Source: an uncultured Acidobacteriota bacterium (GTDB lineage: Bacteria > Acidobacteriota > UBA6911). From it: 64,000 nucleotides of DNA. The first letter of the stretch is position 1; each line of letters starts with the position of its first letter. The stretch covers positions 1 to 64,000 of the forward strand of contig CAWHCF010000019.1 in NCBI GenBank assembly GCA_963827655.1, in the 5' to 3' direction. The notes below the pieces were generated by a model that searched no databases, was not told the origin of the DNA, and saw only the letters and a list, made by a program, of their open reading frames with translations. A program made the translations under genes and the position numbers. Shown here piece after piece: positions 32,318 through 42,557 of this stretch.

Positions 32318-34411
32318 CTATTCTACTGTTTCCTTTCTGTCCTTGTTGCCTTCATCGATTATTTTTTGCGCTACATGGGCAGGAACCTCATCGTAGTGGG
32401 AGAACTCCATGTGGTAACTCCCCCTTCCGCCGGTCATGGAGGTCAGCACCGGAGCGTAAGTGACCATCTCCGCCATCGGAACCTGCGCCTTGATGACCTG
32501 CGTGTCCCGCTTTACGTCCATCCCCTGAAGCCTTCCTCGACGGCTTGTGAGATCTCCCATCAAGTCCCCGGCGTATTCCTGCGGAGCGAATATTTCCACG
32601 TTCATGATCGGCTCAAGCAGCACCGGCTGCGCTCCCTCCATCCCCTTCTTGAACGCCATGCTCCCGGCAACCTTGAAGGCAAGCTCTGACGAATCGACCG
32701 GGTGATAGCTGCCGTCATAGAGCGTGACCTTGAAATCTACTACGGGGAATCCGGCGAGGAATCCCTTCGAGGCCGCTTCCACAATTCCTTTCTCCACCGC
32801 GGGAATGAAATTTCGCGGGATGGAGCCTCCGAAGATCTCGTCGACGAATTGAAAGCTCTCTCCACGCGGCAGGGGCTCCATTCGAATCTTGCAGTCGCCG
32901 TACTGACCGTGTCCCCCCGTCTGCTTCTTGTATCTGCCCTGAACATCCGCGTGTCCGCGGATAGTTTCCCGATAAGGAATTTTGGGAGTCTTCAGGATGA
33001 CTTCGACCCCATAGCGCTTGCGCAGCTTTGCGACTGTCACCTCGACGTGAAGCTGGCCCGATCCGGACAGGAGAAGCTGTTTGGTCTGAGCGTCTCGATT
33101 GTACTTGAGGGCAGGATCCTCTTCAGTAATGCGGGCCAGCGCGTTGCTGATCTTGTCCTCATCGCCGCGGCTCTTGGGCTCGATCGCGAACGTCATCGAG
33201 GGCTCTGGAACCTCCACGGCAGGGAAGACGATCGAATGCGCGGGGTCGCAGACGGTATCGCCGGTGGTCGTCTCCTTTAATTTGGTTACGGCGAAGAAAT
33301 CGCCGGCGTGAACCTCGCCGACGGGAGTCATTGACTTGCCTTGAAGCGCCTGCAGCGGACCGAACTTTTCGCTCTTCTCTTTGGTTTGATTGTAGTACTG
33401 CGTGTCAGACTTCATCACTCCGGAGTAGAGCCGCAGAATGCTGATCCTTCCCGTAAACGGATCTGCCACGGTCTTGAAAACATAGGCTGCATAGGGCTCT
33501 TTGCTGCTTACTGCCCGCTCGATTGATTCCTTTGCCTTGGGATCAATCCCCTGTACTTTTCCACGGCTGGCGGGAGAAGGCAGCAGGTCGACGATGCTAT
33601 CCAGGACCTGCGCGATTCCGACGTTCAGCGTCGAGCTGGCACACAAAACCGGCACCACGCTTCTTTGCGCAACTCCGCGTCTCAAGCCCTCGACCAGGTC
33701 GGGCCCTTCAAGCGTTCCCGCCGAGAAGAACTTCTCCATCAATTCATCGCTCCCCTCGGCCACCATTTCAACCAGCTTCTCGCGAGCGCTCTTGACTTGA
33801 TCCTTGAGCTCCGCCGGAACCTCTGTTTCCTGGAATTTTCCCGAGCCATCGCGGGCATATCGGTAAGCCTTGTTGGCAACTGTGTCGACTACACCGCTAA
33901 ACTCGCGCTCGGCCCCGATCGGGATCTGAATCGGGATAGGCGTCCTTCCAAAACTGTCCTCGATGGACTGGAGCGTACGGTCAAAGCTGGCGTTATCCCG
34001 ATCCATCTTGTTGATGACGATGAGCCGCGGCAGATCGAACTGGTCTGCGAATTCCCATACTTTCTCGGTCTGGACCTCAACGCCGGCGACGGCGTCGATC
34101 ACTACCACCGCAGCATCAGCGACGCGCAGCGCCAGCTCTGCCTCGGTAAGAAAAGGTCGATAACCAGGAGTATCAAGGATGTTGATTTTCTTCTTGTTCC
34201 ACTCACAATGAGCCAGAGCGCTGCTGATGCTGATTTTGCGCTCAATCTCCTCATCTTCCCAATCCGTGACTGTGTTTCCATCTTCCACGCGTCCCAGGCG
34301 ATTGATTGCTCCCGAGTCGAATAACATCGCGGATGTCAGGGAGGTTTTGCCTGAAGCTCCGTGCCCCATGACCCCGACATTACGGATGTTTTCGCTCTCA
34401 TAAACCCTCAT
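32318..34411 (-). CDS. fusA: Elongation factor G paralog (EF-G2 type)
   Basis: GHGASGKT, DTPG, NKMD, YRETI, KKQTGGHGQ, VDSSE; the divergent G1/G2 motifs indicate the second paralog. Confidence 0.92.
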   Translation of the reverse strand: MRVYESENIRNVGVMGHGASGKTSLTSAMLFDSGAINRLGRVEDGNTVTDWEDEEIERKISISSALAHCEWNKKKINILDTPGYRPFLTEAELALRVADAAVVVIDAVAGVEVQTEKVWEFADQFDLPRLIVINKMDRDNASFDRTLQSIEDSFGRTPIPIQIPIGAEREFSGVVDTVANKAYRYARDGSGKFQETEVPAELKDQVKSAREKLVEMVAEGSDELMEKFFSAGTLEGPDLVEGLRRGVAQRSVVPVLCASSTLNVGIAQVLDSIVDLLPSPASRGKVQGIDPKAKESIERAVSSKEPYAAYVFKTVADPFTGRISILRLYSGVMKSDTQYYNQTKEKSEKFGPLQALQGKSMTPVGEVHAGDFFAVTKLKETTTGDTVCDPAHSIVFPAVEVPEPSMTFAIEPKSRGDEDKISNALARITEEDPALKYNRDAQTKQLLLSGSGQLHVEVTVAKLRKRYGVEVILKTPKIPYRETIRGHADVQGRYKKQTGGHGQYGDCKIRMEPLPRGESFQFVDEIFGGSIPRNFIPAVEKGIVEAASKGFLAGFPVVDFKVTLYDGSYHPVDSSELAFKVAGSMAFKKGMEGAQPVLLEPIMNVEIFAPQEYAGDLMGDLTSRRGRLQGMDVKRDTQVIKAQVPMAEMVTYAPVLTSMTGGRGSYHMEFSHYDEVPAHVAQKIIDEGNKDRKETVE

Positions 34412-34567
34412 AGACAAACCCCTCCGGGAAGTTGGTGACGCGTTGAATAAAAAAACGATACTATCATAGGGTCCAGGCGCTCGCAATAATTGGGCCGTCG
34501 CGCGCCGCGTCTCCGCCCTTCATCACGAAAACGCAAAGACTCGGTAAGGTTGTGGTATATATTCCGA

Positions 34568-35476
34568 ATGCGAGCCTGGATCGCCATCGCTTCTCTTTCC
34601 CTGATCACGGCCTGTGCCGGCGTTCAGGTTGCTTCGTTAGACACCGCGTCGGCGCTCAGCGGAAAGCGGGCGCTGGAACATGTTCGCGCGCAGGTGGACC
34701 TTGGACCTCGCCCCCCCGGCTCGGAGGCGCTCGAGAAATGTCGGCAGTATATCGTCCGGCATCTGCGCGAATGGGGCTACGAGATAGAAGATGACGCGTT
34801 CGAAGCCACGACGCCTTACGGGCCCAAGAAAATGCACAACCTCATCGCCCGGAAGGGAAAGGGAGACAAGGGCGTCATTGCACTGGCGAGTCACTATGAC
34901 ACCAAGTACATGGAAGGGATTCGCTTCGTCGGAGCCAATGACGGCGGCAGCAGCACGGCGCTTTTGTTGGAGCTGGCCAGGGTACTTTCCCAACGGAAGG
35001 ATGGTCTGGACTACTGGTTCGTGTTCCTGGACGGCGAAGAAGCTTTCGTCGAGTGGAGCACGTTCGACAGTACTTATGGGAGCCGCCATCTGGCTCGCCG
35101 CTGGAAAGAGGAGAGCGTGGCGAACAAGATCCGCGCCTTTATTCTGCTCGATATGATTGGAGACCGGCAACTCGATCTCCTGAAAGAAGGGCATTCGACT
35201 CCCTGGCTTCGAGATCTGGTCTGGTCCACGGCGAGTGAGTTGGGCCTGGATTCGGTCCTATCAAAAGCGGAATTCGAAGTGGGAGACGATCACGTCCCTT
35301 TTCTCGAAATAGGCATTCAGGCAGTGGATCTTATCGATCTGAATTTCGGTCCGGGGAACTCCTATCACCACACCGCCGAGGATACGCTGGACAAGGTCAG
35401 CGCCGAGAGCATGGAGAAGGTCGGGAAGCTTGTGCTCGGCGTCCTCCCGAAACTGCAGAAAAAATTCACCCAGTAA
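34568..35476 (+). CDS. M28-family peptidase / glutaminyl cyclase-like lipoprotein
   Basis: Lipobox ITAC, SHYDTK, GANDGGS, DGEEA, DMIG, DDH, HHT. Confidence 0.9.
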   Translation: MRAWIAIASLSLITACAGVQVASLDTASALSGKRALEHVRAQVDLGPRPPGSEALEKCRQYIVRHLREWGYEIEDDAFEATTPYGPKKMHNLIARKGKGDKGVIALASHYDTKYMEGIRFVGANDGGSSTALLLELARVLSQRKDGLDYWFVFLDGEEAFVEWSTFDSTYGSRHLARRWKEESVANKIRAFILLDMIGDRQLDLLKEGHSTPWLRDLVWSTASELGLDSVLSKAEFEVGDDHVPFLEIGIQAVDLIDLNFGPGNSYHHTAEDTLDKVSAESMEKVGKLVLGVLPKLQKKFTQ

Positions 35477-35482
35477 CTTCTT

Positions 35483-35968
35483 ACCGCGAAGACGCGAAGT
35501 CCTCGAAGAGTCAAGAGGAGTTAATAACTCTTTGAATGCCTTGCTTGATCACAGGAACATTGAAATTAATCAGAAACCCAAGGTGTTTTCCGGTTAGCTT
35601 CAGCTGGGAAATGATCTGCGCGAGAAATACAGGGTTTAGACGACTCGACGCACTTTAGTTCACACATGACGAGGTCGTCCACCAGGACATCAAGTCGCAG
35701 ACCCTCAGAGAATGAGACCCCGTCATACACAAGGGGCACGACTAACCTGACGGCGGTAAGGTATCCGACGTTTGCTTAACTCGTGGCAGAAACAGGCCTC
35801 ATAAATTGATTCTAGCAGGCCGGGTCCGAGAGTCTTATGAACAGCATATGCCGCAGCTACAATCGCCTTTGCGAGTTCCTCTTCCCGCGTCGACACGACC
35901 GTCATGCTTTAATTGTTTCACGGCCCCGTTAAAGCATTTCAGAATCTTTGTGACTTCGAGTCTTAGCA
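35483..35968. mobile_element. Nonamer-type inverted-repeat element enclosing a GxxExxY gene
   Basis: Arm accgcgaagacgcgaagtcctcgaag (35483-35508) is complementary to ctttgtgacttcgagtcttagc (about 35946-35967). Mobility is inferred, not shown. Confidence 0.55.
35511..35905 (-). pseudogene. GxxExxY protein (PD-(D/E)XK-like), frameshifted
   Basis: VHKTLGPGLLESIYEAC, then LRLDVLVDDLVMCELK, then LKLTGKHLGFLINFNVPVIKQGIQRV in successive frames. Confidence 0.88.
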
Positions 35969-35983
35969 AATGCTGGGCGGGGG

Positions 35984-38413
35984 TCAGGCGGACTTGGGGA
36001 CCTTCTCTTTGTAATCGCAGGTTTCGCTGCTGCAGAAACGCACGGTCCCGGTTCGCTTCGTCGTCCTCTCGACGATGAAGGGAGCCTCACAGACCGGGCA
36101 GCGTTCAGGCAAGGGCCGATTCCAGAGCGTGTAATCGCAATCCGGATAATTGGAGCAACCGTAAAATGTGCGCCCTCGCCGCGATTTCCTCTCGACGATC
36201 TCGCCGCCGCAGTTCTTCGGACATGATACGCCCGTGCTCTTGAGCTTGATGTACTTGCAGTCTGGATAATCGCTGCACGCAGTATACTCCCCGAAGCGCC
36301 CGTGCTTGAGCGCGAGGTTTTTCCCGCAAACAGGACACTTCTCGTCCAGCGGGATATCGTGCTGGACGTTGATGGTCTCGTCCGACTTTACGATCTTCTT
36401 GGTGTTGCGGCACTCCGGATAGCCTGAGCATGCCATGAATTCCCCGAAGCGCCCCCGCTTCAGGACCATCTGCCTGCCGCACTTCTCGCACATCAGATCC
36501 TCGACGTCCCCGGGCGCGCTCGAGTCCAGACTGCAGACCTTGGGAATCTCCCGCGTGTTTTTACATTCAGGATAGCCTTTGCAAGCCAGGAAACGGCCGA
36601 ATCGTCCCCATTTAATCACCATCTTGTTGCCGCACTTGTCGCAGACTTCCTCGGTCGCGATCTCTTCGCTCTTTAGATCCCGCATCTCTTTCTCGGCCAC
36701 CGCCAGTCGCTTCGAGAAGCGTCCGTAAAACTCTTTCATCACCTGATTCCACTTTTCGCGTCCCGACTCGATGCGGTCGAGATGATCTTCCATGCGCGCC
36801 GTGTATTCGTAATCGAAAATGTCCCTGAAACTTTCCACGAGTAACTCCACAACCACTTCGCCCGTTTCAGTCGGATAGAACTTGCTCTCCTGCTTCACAA
36901 CGTATTCGCGATCCTGGATCGTGCTGAGGATCGTAGCGTAGGTGCTGGGGCGGCCGATGCCGTTTGCCTCCAGGGCCTTGACCAGGCTCGCCTCGTTATA
37001 CCGCGGCGGAGGTTGGGTAAAGTGCTGCGACGGACGAAGCTCCTGGACTATGAGGGGTTCTCCTTCCCTGAGCTCGGGCAGGATTCCGGCATCTTCTTCT
37101 TCCTCGCCCTTGGCCGGCGTCTCGTCCGCTTTCGCTTCCTGGTACACCGCCAGAAATCCCTGGAACTTGATGATCGAGCCGGTGGCCTTGAAGCCGACCC
37201 GGCCGGCGTCGATCTCGACGTCGGTCTGATCGAAAACAGCCGGACTCATCTGAGAAGCTACGAATCGCTGCCACACGAGAGTGTAAAGCCGCAGCAGGTC
37301 CGGTTCGAGGAAGGACTTAAGACTCTCCGGAGTTCTTTCAACCGATGTCGGGCGGATGGCCTCGTGAGCCTCCTGTGCCGTCTTCTTGGACTTGTAGTAG
37401 ATCTTGTGGTGGGGAAGAAAAGCGTCGCCATAGAGGTTCTTGATCAAGCCGCGAACTTCCTCGAGCGCCTGCTCGGAAACGCGCGTGGAATCCGTCCGCA
37501 TGTAGGTGATAAGACCTACGGCGCCCTCGCTGCCGACCTCGACCCCCTCATAGAGCCGTTGCGCCATGACCATGGTCTTCTTCACCGAAAAATTCAGCTT
37601 GCGCGCTGCATCCTGCTGCAGCTTGCTGGTGATGAAAGGGGGAACCGGGTAGCGTTTCTTTTCGCGCCGATGGATTCTGGTAATGACGAAAGGTTGCTGT
37701 CGAAGTCCCTCCACGACGGCATCCATGGTTTGCTGATCGGACACATTCCACTTTTTCCCGTCGAGCGAGCGCGCTTTGGCAGTGAATTCCGGAGGCTTCT
37801 CCCCCAGCAGGCGCGCGGCAAGATTCCAGTACTCTTCCGATTTGAAGGCGCGGATCTCCTGCTCGCGCTCTACAATCAGCCTCAATGCCACCGTCTGCAC
37901 GCGCCCCGCCGAAAGACCTCGCCGCACTTTGTCCCAGAGGAGCGGACTGATCTTGTAACCTACCAGGCGGTCGAGAATCCGACGCGCCAGTTGAGCGCCG
38001 ACCTTGTTCCGATTGATTTGCCCGGGATTCTTGAACGCTTCCTGGATTGCGTTCTTCGTGATTTCATGAAAAAGAACTCGATAAATCTTCCTTTTCTTCT
38101 TGGAGTCTTTGGTGCTGGCTAATTCTTCGGCAAGGTGCTGGCAGATTGCTTCGCCTTCACGGTCAGGATCGGCGGCCAGGTAAACCGACTCCGATTTCTG
38201 CGCCGCCGCGCGCAGCTCGCGCACAATTTTTTCTTTCGAGGGAATGATGGTGTACTCCGGGGTGAAGTCGTGCTCGACATCCACAGCCAGCTTGTTCTTG
38301 GGGAGATCCTTGATATGACCGACCGAGGCCTTGACCGTGTAAGCACTGCCCAAGTATTTCGTGATGGTCCTGGCCTTGGCGGGAGACTCAACGATGACGA
38401 GTGACTTTGCCAT
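35984..38413 (-). CDS. topA: DNA topoisomerase I
   Basis: IVESPAKA, DPDREGE, SAGRVQ, ITYMRTDS, GIGRPSTY, C-terminal zinc ribbons. Confidence 0.97.
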   Translation of the reverse strand: MAKSLVIVESPAKARTITKYLGSAYTVKASVGHIKDLPKNKLAVDVEHDFTPEYTIIPSKEKIVRELRAAAQKSESVYLAADPDREGEAICQHLAEELASTKDSKKKRKIYRVLFHEITKNAIQEAFKNPGQINRNKVGAQLARRILDRLVGYKISPLLWDKVRRGLSAGRVQTVALRLIVEREQEIRAFKSEEYWNLAARLLGEKPPEFTAKARSLDGKKWNVSDQQTMDAVVEGLRQQPFVITRIHRREKKRYPVPPFITSKLQQDAARKLNFSVKKTMVMAQRLYEGVEVGSEGAVGLITYMRTDSTRVSEQALEEVRGLIKNLYGDAFLPHHKIYYKSKKTAQEAHEAIRPTSVERTPESLKSFLEPDLLRLYTLVWQRFVASQMSPAVFDQTDVEIDAGRVGFKATGSIIKFQGFLAVYQEAKADETPAKGEEEEDAGILPELREGEPLIVQELRPSQHFTQPPPRYNEASLVKALEANGIGRPSTYATILSTIQDREYVVKQESKFYPTETGEVVVELLVESFRDIFDYEYTARMEDHLDRIESGREKWNQVMKEFYGRFSKRLAVAEKEMRDLKSEEIATEEVCDKCGNKMVIKWGRFGRFLACKGYPECKNTREIPKVCSLDSSAPGDVEDLMCEKCGRQMVLKRGRFGEFMACSGYPECRNTKKIVKSDETINVQHDIPLDEKCPVCGKNLALKHGRFGEYTACSDYPDCKYIKLKSTGVSCPKNCGGEIVERKSRRGRTFYGCSNYPDCDYTLWNRPLPERCPVCEAPFIVERTTKRTGTVRFCSSETCDYKEKVPKSA

Positions 38414-38609
38414 AGAAGCGGGCAAACTATATCAACCTTTCAAAGAATTCCAAGCAAAATCATTCTACAGGTCATCGGGGTCAGTTTCGAGTAGCGCCTG
38501 CCGGGACCGAGTTGATCATTTTCCCTAATGTATTGTAGCGTAAAGCTTTCCGTCTTGATTTCCATTGCCGCCGGGACGCGAAAAACACCCGCAAAAGACT
38601 TGGTCCGGT

Positions 38610-39761
38610 CTACCGGCGGGCACCCCCCGGATACGCAGGTCTGGCTACTTTGACGTACAGGTTCCCGGGCACCTGGCGGATCCAGCCCCTCATCTCCAGG
38701 TTTAAGAGAACGTCGCTCAATTGGGGGATTTCGAGACCAGACTTCCGAAAGAGCTTATCGAACTGGGTCGCCTGATCAGTTTGCAAAAGCTCTAGAACCG
38801 CGGTCTCCTCCTGAGTTAGAAGTTGGAGTTCGGGAGTTTCTGAAACCCGCGACTCCTCTTGGGCCAGGATTCGATGGCGAATCTCGGGAGGGAACTCTTC
38901 GACAATATCCCGCCACGATTGCACCAGCTTGGCACCTTGCTTGATGAGAAAATTCGGTCCGAAACTTTGCGGTGAAGTCAAATTGCCCGGCAAGCCGAAG
39001 ACGTCGCGGTTCTGCTCCATGGCCAGACGCGCCGTGATGAGAGACCCGCTGTACTCCCCGGCCTCGACGATCAATGTTCCAAGCGCGAGCCCGCTGATGA
39101 GACGGTTGCGGACTGGAAAGTTTTGAGGAGATGGGGATGTTCCGGGCGGAAACTCCGACAGAAGAAGGCCAGACTCCAAGATTTTCCTCGACAAATAGCG
39201 ATGCTCGCGGGGGTACACGATGTCGATGCCGCACCCAAGCACCGCCACGGTCGGACCGTACTCGAGACAACCCCGGTGAGCGGCGGCATCGATCCCACGG
39301 GCAAGGCCGCTTACAATGCATACGCGCCGCGCCGCCAGATCGGCCGCGAGTCCCTGGGCCATCTGCAGGCCATAGTAGGTCGGACGGCGCGTCCCCACGA
39401 TAGCGACGCAGGGCAGGTCCAGAACCTCAACATGTCCCTGGGCGTAAAGGATCAGGGGAGGGTCATAGATTTCCTTGAGCAACGAGGGATAGCCGGGCCT
39501 ATCCACCAGCAACAATCGGCGGCCGTCCGTATGCGACCATCCCAGTATCTCTTGAGCCATAGAATGATAGCGGCGCGAGGCAATGCTCAAACAGCCGTCG
39601 GGCGGTATCCCGAGTCTTTCCAGCGCGTCCGCGCTGAGCGAGAAGAGTTCGGAAATGTCAGGGTACAAAGAGCAGAGCTTGCGCTGTGTCTGAGTCCCCA
39701 CGCCCGGAACAAGCGTCAGTTCAATAACGTCTATTAAATGTCGTTCGTCCGACTGGGTCAC
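38610..39761 (-). CDS. dprA: DNA-processing protein DprA
   Basis: AIVGTR, SGLARGID, FPVRNRLISG, SGSLITA; canonical dprA-topA order. Confidence 0.96.
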   Translation of the reverse strand: MTQSDERHLIDVIELTLVPGVGTQTQRKLCSLYPDISELFSLSADALERLGIPPDGCLSIASRRYHSMAQEILGWSHTDGRRLLLVDRPGYPSLLKEIYDPPLILYAQGHVEVLDLPCVAIVGTRRPTYYGLQMAQGLAADLAARRVCIVSGLARGIDAAAHRGCLEYGPTVAVLGCGIDIVYPREHRYLSRKILESGLLLSEFPPGTSPSPQNFPVRNRLISGLALGTLIVEAGEYSGSLITARLAMEQNRDVFGLPGNLTSPQSFGPNFLIKQGAKLVQSWRDIVEEFPPEIRHRILAQEESRVSETPELQLLTQEETAVLELLQTDQATQFDKLFRKSGLEIPQLSDVLLNLEMRGWIRQVPGNLYVKVARPAYPGGARR

Positions 39762-39962
39762 GGGCGGTAAAGGGAACCGGACGGCTGTTCACGAGTGGAA
39801 GCGAAATCAGCCGCCAAGGCACGACGACAATGGAAATCACGACCGCGAACTCCTGGTACAAATTTCAATTCAGCAGAGCCGCTTTATGTGTCACAGTAAT
39901 TGTTTCGTGGAACATTGACTTATTTCGAAATAAACCCAGGGGTCAGCACAACTGAGGCAATC

Positions 39963-40797
39963 TTGAAGTTACGCGTCTCGCTGGTAGACTACTTGAACTC
40001 AGCCCCGCTCGGCTGGTCGTTTCTCCACGGTCCGCTTAAAGGGAAATTTGAGGTGGTTCGATCGTCCCCGGCAGAATGCGCCGATCAACTGGCCCGGGGC
40101 GAAGTGGATGTGGGCTTGATTCCCAGCATCGAGTATCAGCGCATCCCTGATCTTCGGATTATTCCAGGAATAGCTGTTGCCGCATCCAATCGGGTCCGCA
40201 GCGTCCTTCTGGTGCGGCCCAAGGGACGACCGGAGATTCGTTCCGTAGCTCTGGACACGAGTTCCCGGACCTCCGCAACCCTCGTGAGAATACTTCTCGA
40301 GCGCCGCATGGGACTGCGGCCTGAGCTTGTGCCGCACATGCCGGAAATAGATGAGATGCTGGGAAGATGCGACGCCGCCCTCATTATCGGAGATGCGGCT
40401 CTAAGACTCCCGGCCGACAAGTATGAGGTTCTCGATCTGGCACAAGCATGGATCGAATGGCAGAAGCGTGCCGTTCGTTTTTGCCTTCTGGGCCTGCCGC
40501 GCCGAATTGGAAGCAGACCTGGAGCTGGTTCCGATATTTCACGAAGCTCGATCCTGGGGGTTGGGAGCGCGCGAGGAAATTGCCGAAGTGTACGCCGGTA
40601 TTCTCAACCTGTCTGAGGCCTCTCTGCGGGAGTATCTGCACTTCAACGTTGACTATAACCTGGGTCGCCCCCACGTGGACGGGTTGACAAGGTTTTTCCA
40701 CCTCGCCTTCGAGATGAACGCCATTCCTGAACTTCGGCCGCTCGACTTCCTACCAATGATGTCGATTGACGATTTACGATTGACGATTGACGATTGA
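39963..40797 (+). CDS. mqnA: Chorismate dehydratase MqnA (futalosine pathway), one frameshift near 40470
   Basis: YLNSAPL, VRSVLL, SSRTS, ALIIGDAAL, DLAQAW, then PFVFAFWA in the next frame. Confidence 0.9.
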
Positions 40798-40838
40798 AAA
40801 AAACTGGATTCGATGGATCAATCGTAAATCGTGAATCG
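40763..40838. repeat. Inverted heptamer element (GATTGAC)n...(AATCGTM)n
   Basis: Five units at 40763-40797 contain the mqnA stop; three inverted units at 40818-40838. Confidence 0.92.
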
Positions 40839-40840
40839 GC

Positions 40841-41371
40841 TCACTCGAGCTCAACGTTCCAGTACAGATAGTCGCGCCATGCCTCCGGCGCGCTCCGGAC
40901 TCCAATCGTGATGTGGAGCATCGTCGGCACCCACTCGGGCTCCCTGGGTTGCCGGATCAATCGCATACCAGCCTCTTCGGGCGTCTGCCCTCCCTTCCGG
41001 TGGTTACATTCGAAGCAGCAGGTGACGATATTGCTCCACGTCTTGCCTCCCCCCTTCACGATGGGAATCACGTGGTCAAAGGTCAAATCCTGAGTCGAGC
41101 ACTTCTCCCCGCAATACTGGCACGTGTGGTGGTCCCGCGCGTATATGTTAGCCCGGCAGAACTTTACATGCTGGAAGCGTTTCCGGATCTTTACGTACTT
41201 CAGAAGCCGCAGTACACTGGGCAACTTTATGCTGAAGCTGATGCTTCGGATTTCGCGGTCATACTCCGCCAATACCTCGACCTTTCCCTGGTAGAGCAAG
41301 CTAAGGGCACGCTTCCAGGAGATGATGTTGATGGGCTCATAACTGGCATTCAGAACTAGAGTATGTTCCAT
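40841..41371 (-). CDS. HNH endonuclease (McrA-like)
   Basis: LVLNASYEP, RDHHTCQYCG, TFDHVIP, WSNIVTCC..CN..K. Confidence 0.92.
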   Translation of the reverse strand: MEHTLVLNASYEPINIISWKRALSLLYQGKVEVLAEYDREIRSISFSIKLPSVLRLLKYVKIRKRFQHVKFCRANIYARDHHTCQYCGEKCSTQDLTFDHVIPIVKGGGKTWSNIVTCCFECNHRKGGQTPEEAGMRLIRQPREPEWVPTMLHITIGVRSAPEAWRDYLYWNVELE

Positions 41372-41600
41372 CGTATGTCCTGGCGATGAGCTAACAGCAA
41401 AATGCCTTGGTTCGAGAAAAGTCCAGTAAAGGCGGGAGATTAAAATGAAGCGCGTATGGGTAACTGAAGACTCTTATACCTCCTCGGCTCGTAATGTTTT
41501 TAACGCGATAATTGAAATACAAGATCCACTGCAAGTCAAGTGTTAATAAGACTTGGAGTAAATAGCCATGTGATTCTCCAGGTCTCGGCCCTCTTGATGG

Positions 41601-42410
41601 TCAAGTCTGCGAAGGATCGTCAAGTCTCTTCCGGCTGCCCCAAATCTCTTCGAGTTTTGTATAGCTGGGAGGGTAGGAGGGTTGGAATCGCAGGTAGGTT
41701 GGTATGGGATAGCGAACGCCGCCTTTGTGCGCGCCTTCCAGGCCTTCAATGAGGGTCTCGCTGTGGCCGGCCGGAAAGCTGAATCCCATTTCGTGATCCT
41801 GGGTTTGTCCGAAGACGCGATCCCCGTAGCAGGGGAGAATGACCTGGGGCTGCCCGCTTTGAATCGTCTGGATTACACTGTCGGAGCAATCGATGCGGCC
41901 GGCAAAGCTCGACTGAATCCTCCCCCCCGTCTTGTAGAGGGACGCCACCACCAGGATCATGACCTGCGCCGAATTACCATAGAAAAGGACGACCTGCGGC
42001 TCGAAATCAGCCCTGGAGAGCGGAGCACAGACGATGGTCTGATATTCCTTCCACGAGAACTTCGCGATTGAGGCCTCAGTTCTTGCGCCAGCCTCCGTTG
42101 TCGCTGTGTACATGCCCGCGCAGGTACACCCTTCCTTGAAGTAGTCCACTTCTTCCTCGAAACCATAAACGACCTTCGACAGCGGACAGTTGATATCTTC
42201 ATGGCCCATCGCCAGTGCCCAGCCGTATCGTCGAGCCATGGTGTAGCCCATGCAGGTCGTGACTTGCACCTTCAAATCACGGAGCGGTCGCTTGGCGCGC
42301 TCGGGAATGGGTTCTCCTGCCTTCAGCATCCGGATTGCGAGAGGAAAAGTGTCGGGCCGGACGCAGCGGGTTAGAACTTCGTCTAGACGATCAAGATCCT
42401 TCATGAACAA
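41601..42410 (-). CDS. DUF169-domain protein
   Basis: C..ARRYG, INCP, PQVVLFYGNSAQ, PCYGDR. Confidence 0.78.
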   Translation of the reverse strand: MFMKDLDRLDEVLTRCVRPDTFPLAIRMLKAGEPIPERAKRPLRDLKVQVTTCMGYTMARRYGWALAMGHEDINCPLSKVVYGFEEEVDYFKEGCTCAGMYTATTEAGARTEASIAKFSWKEYQTIVCAPLSRADFEPQVVLFYGNSAQVMILVVASLYKTGGRIQSSFAGRIDCSDSVIQTIQSGQPQVILPCYGDRVFGQTQDHEMGFSFPAGHSETLIEGLEGAHKGGVRYPIPTYLRFQPSYPPSYTKLEEIWGSRKRLDDPSQT

Positions 42411-42557
42411 GTCTCCTCCAACTGAACGGTAATTCTAGCAAACACCCTGGTGCGGCTGTAGCCGGTGATCGGGCCCACCGTTCCAGAATGACGCTTCGGA
42501 GTCAGGCTGAGCGGGCGAATTGAAAGGAAAATGTGATTCTACTATCATTCTTCGGCC

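Noticed and set aside
32318-34411. Divergent GTPase motifs in EF-G as a novelty
   Set aside because: They are typical of the well-known EF-G2 paralog class.
40460-40490. Programmed frameshifting in mqnA and other split genes
   Set aside because: No consistent slippery site or stimulator was seen; scattered indels fit sequencing error better.
40841-41371. HNH gene as a homing endonuclease or defence system
   Set aside because: It belongs to a widespread stand-alone McrA-like family, with no intron, methylase or partner genes nearby.
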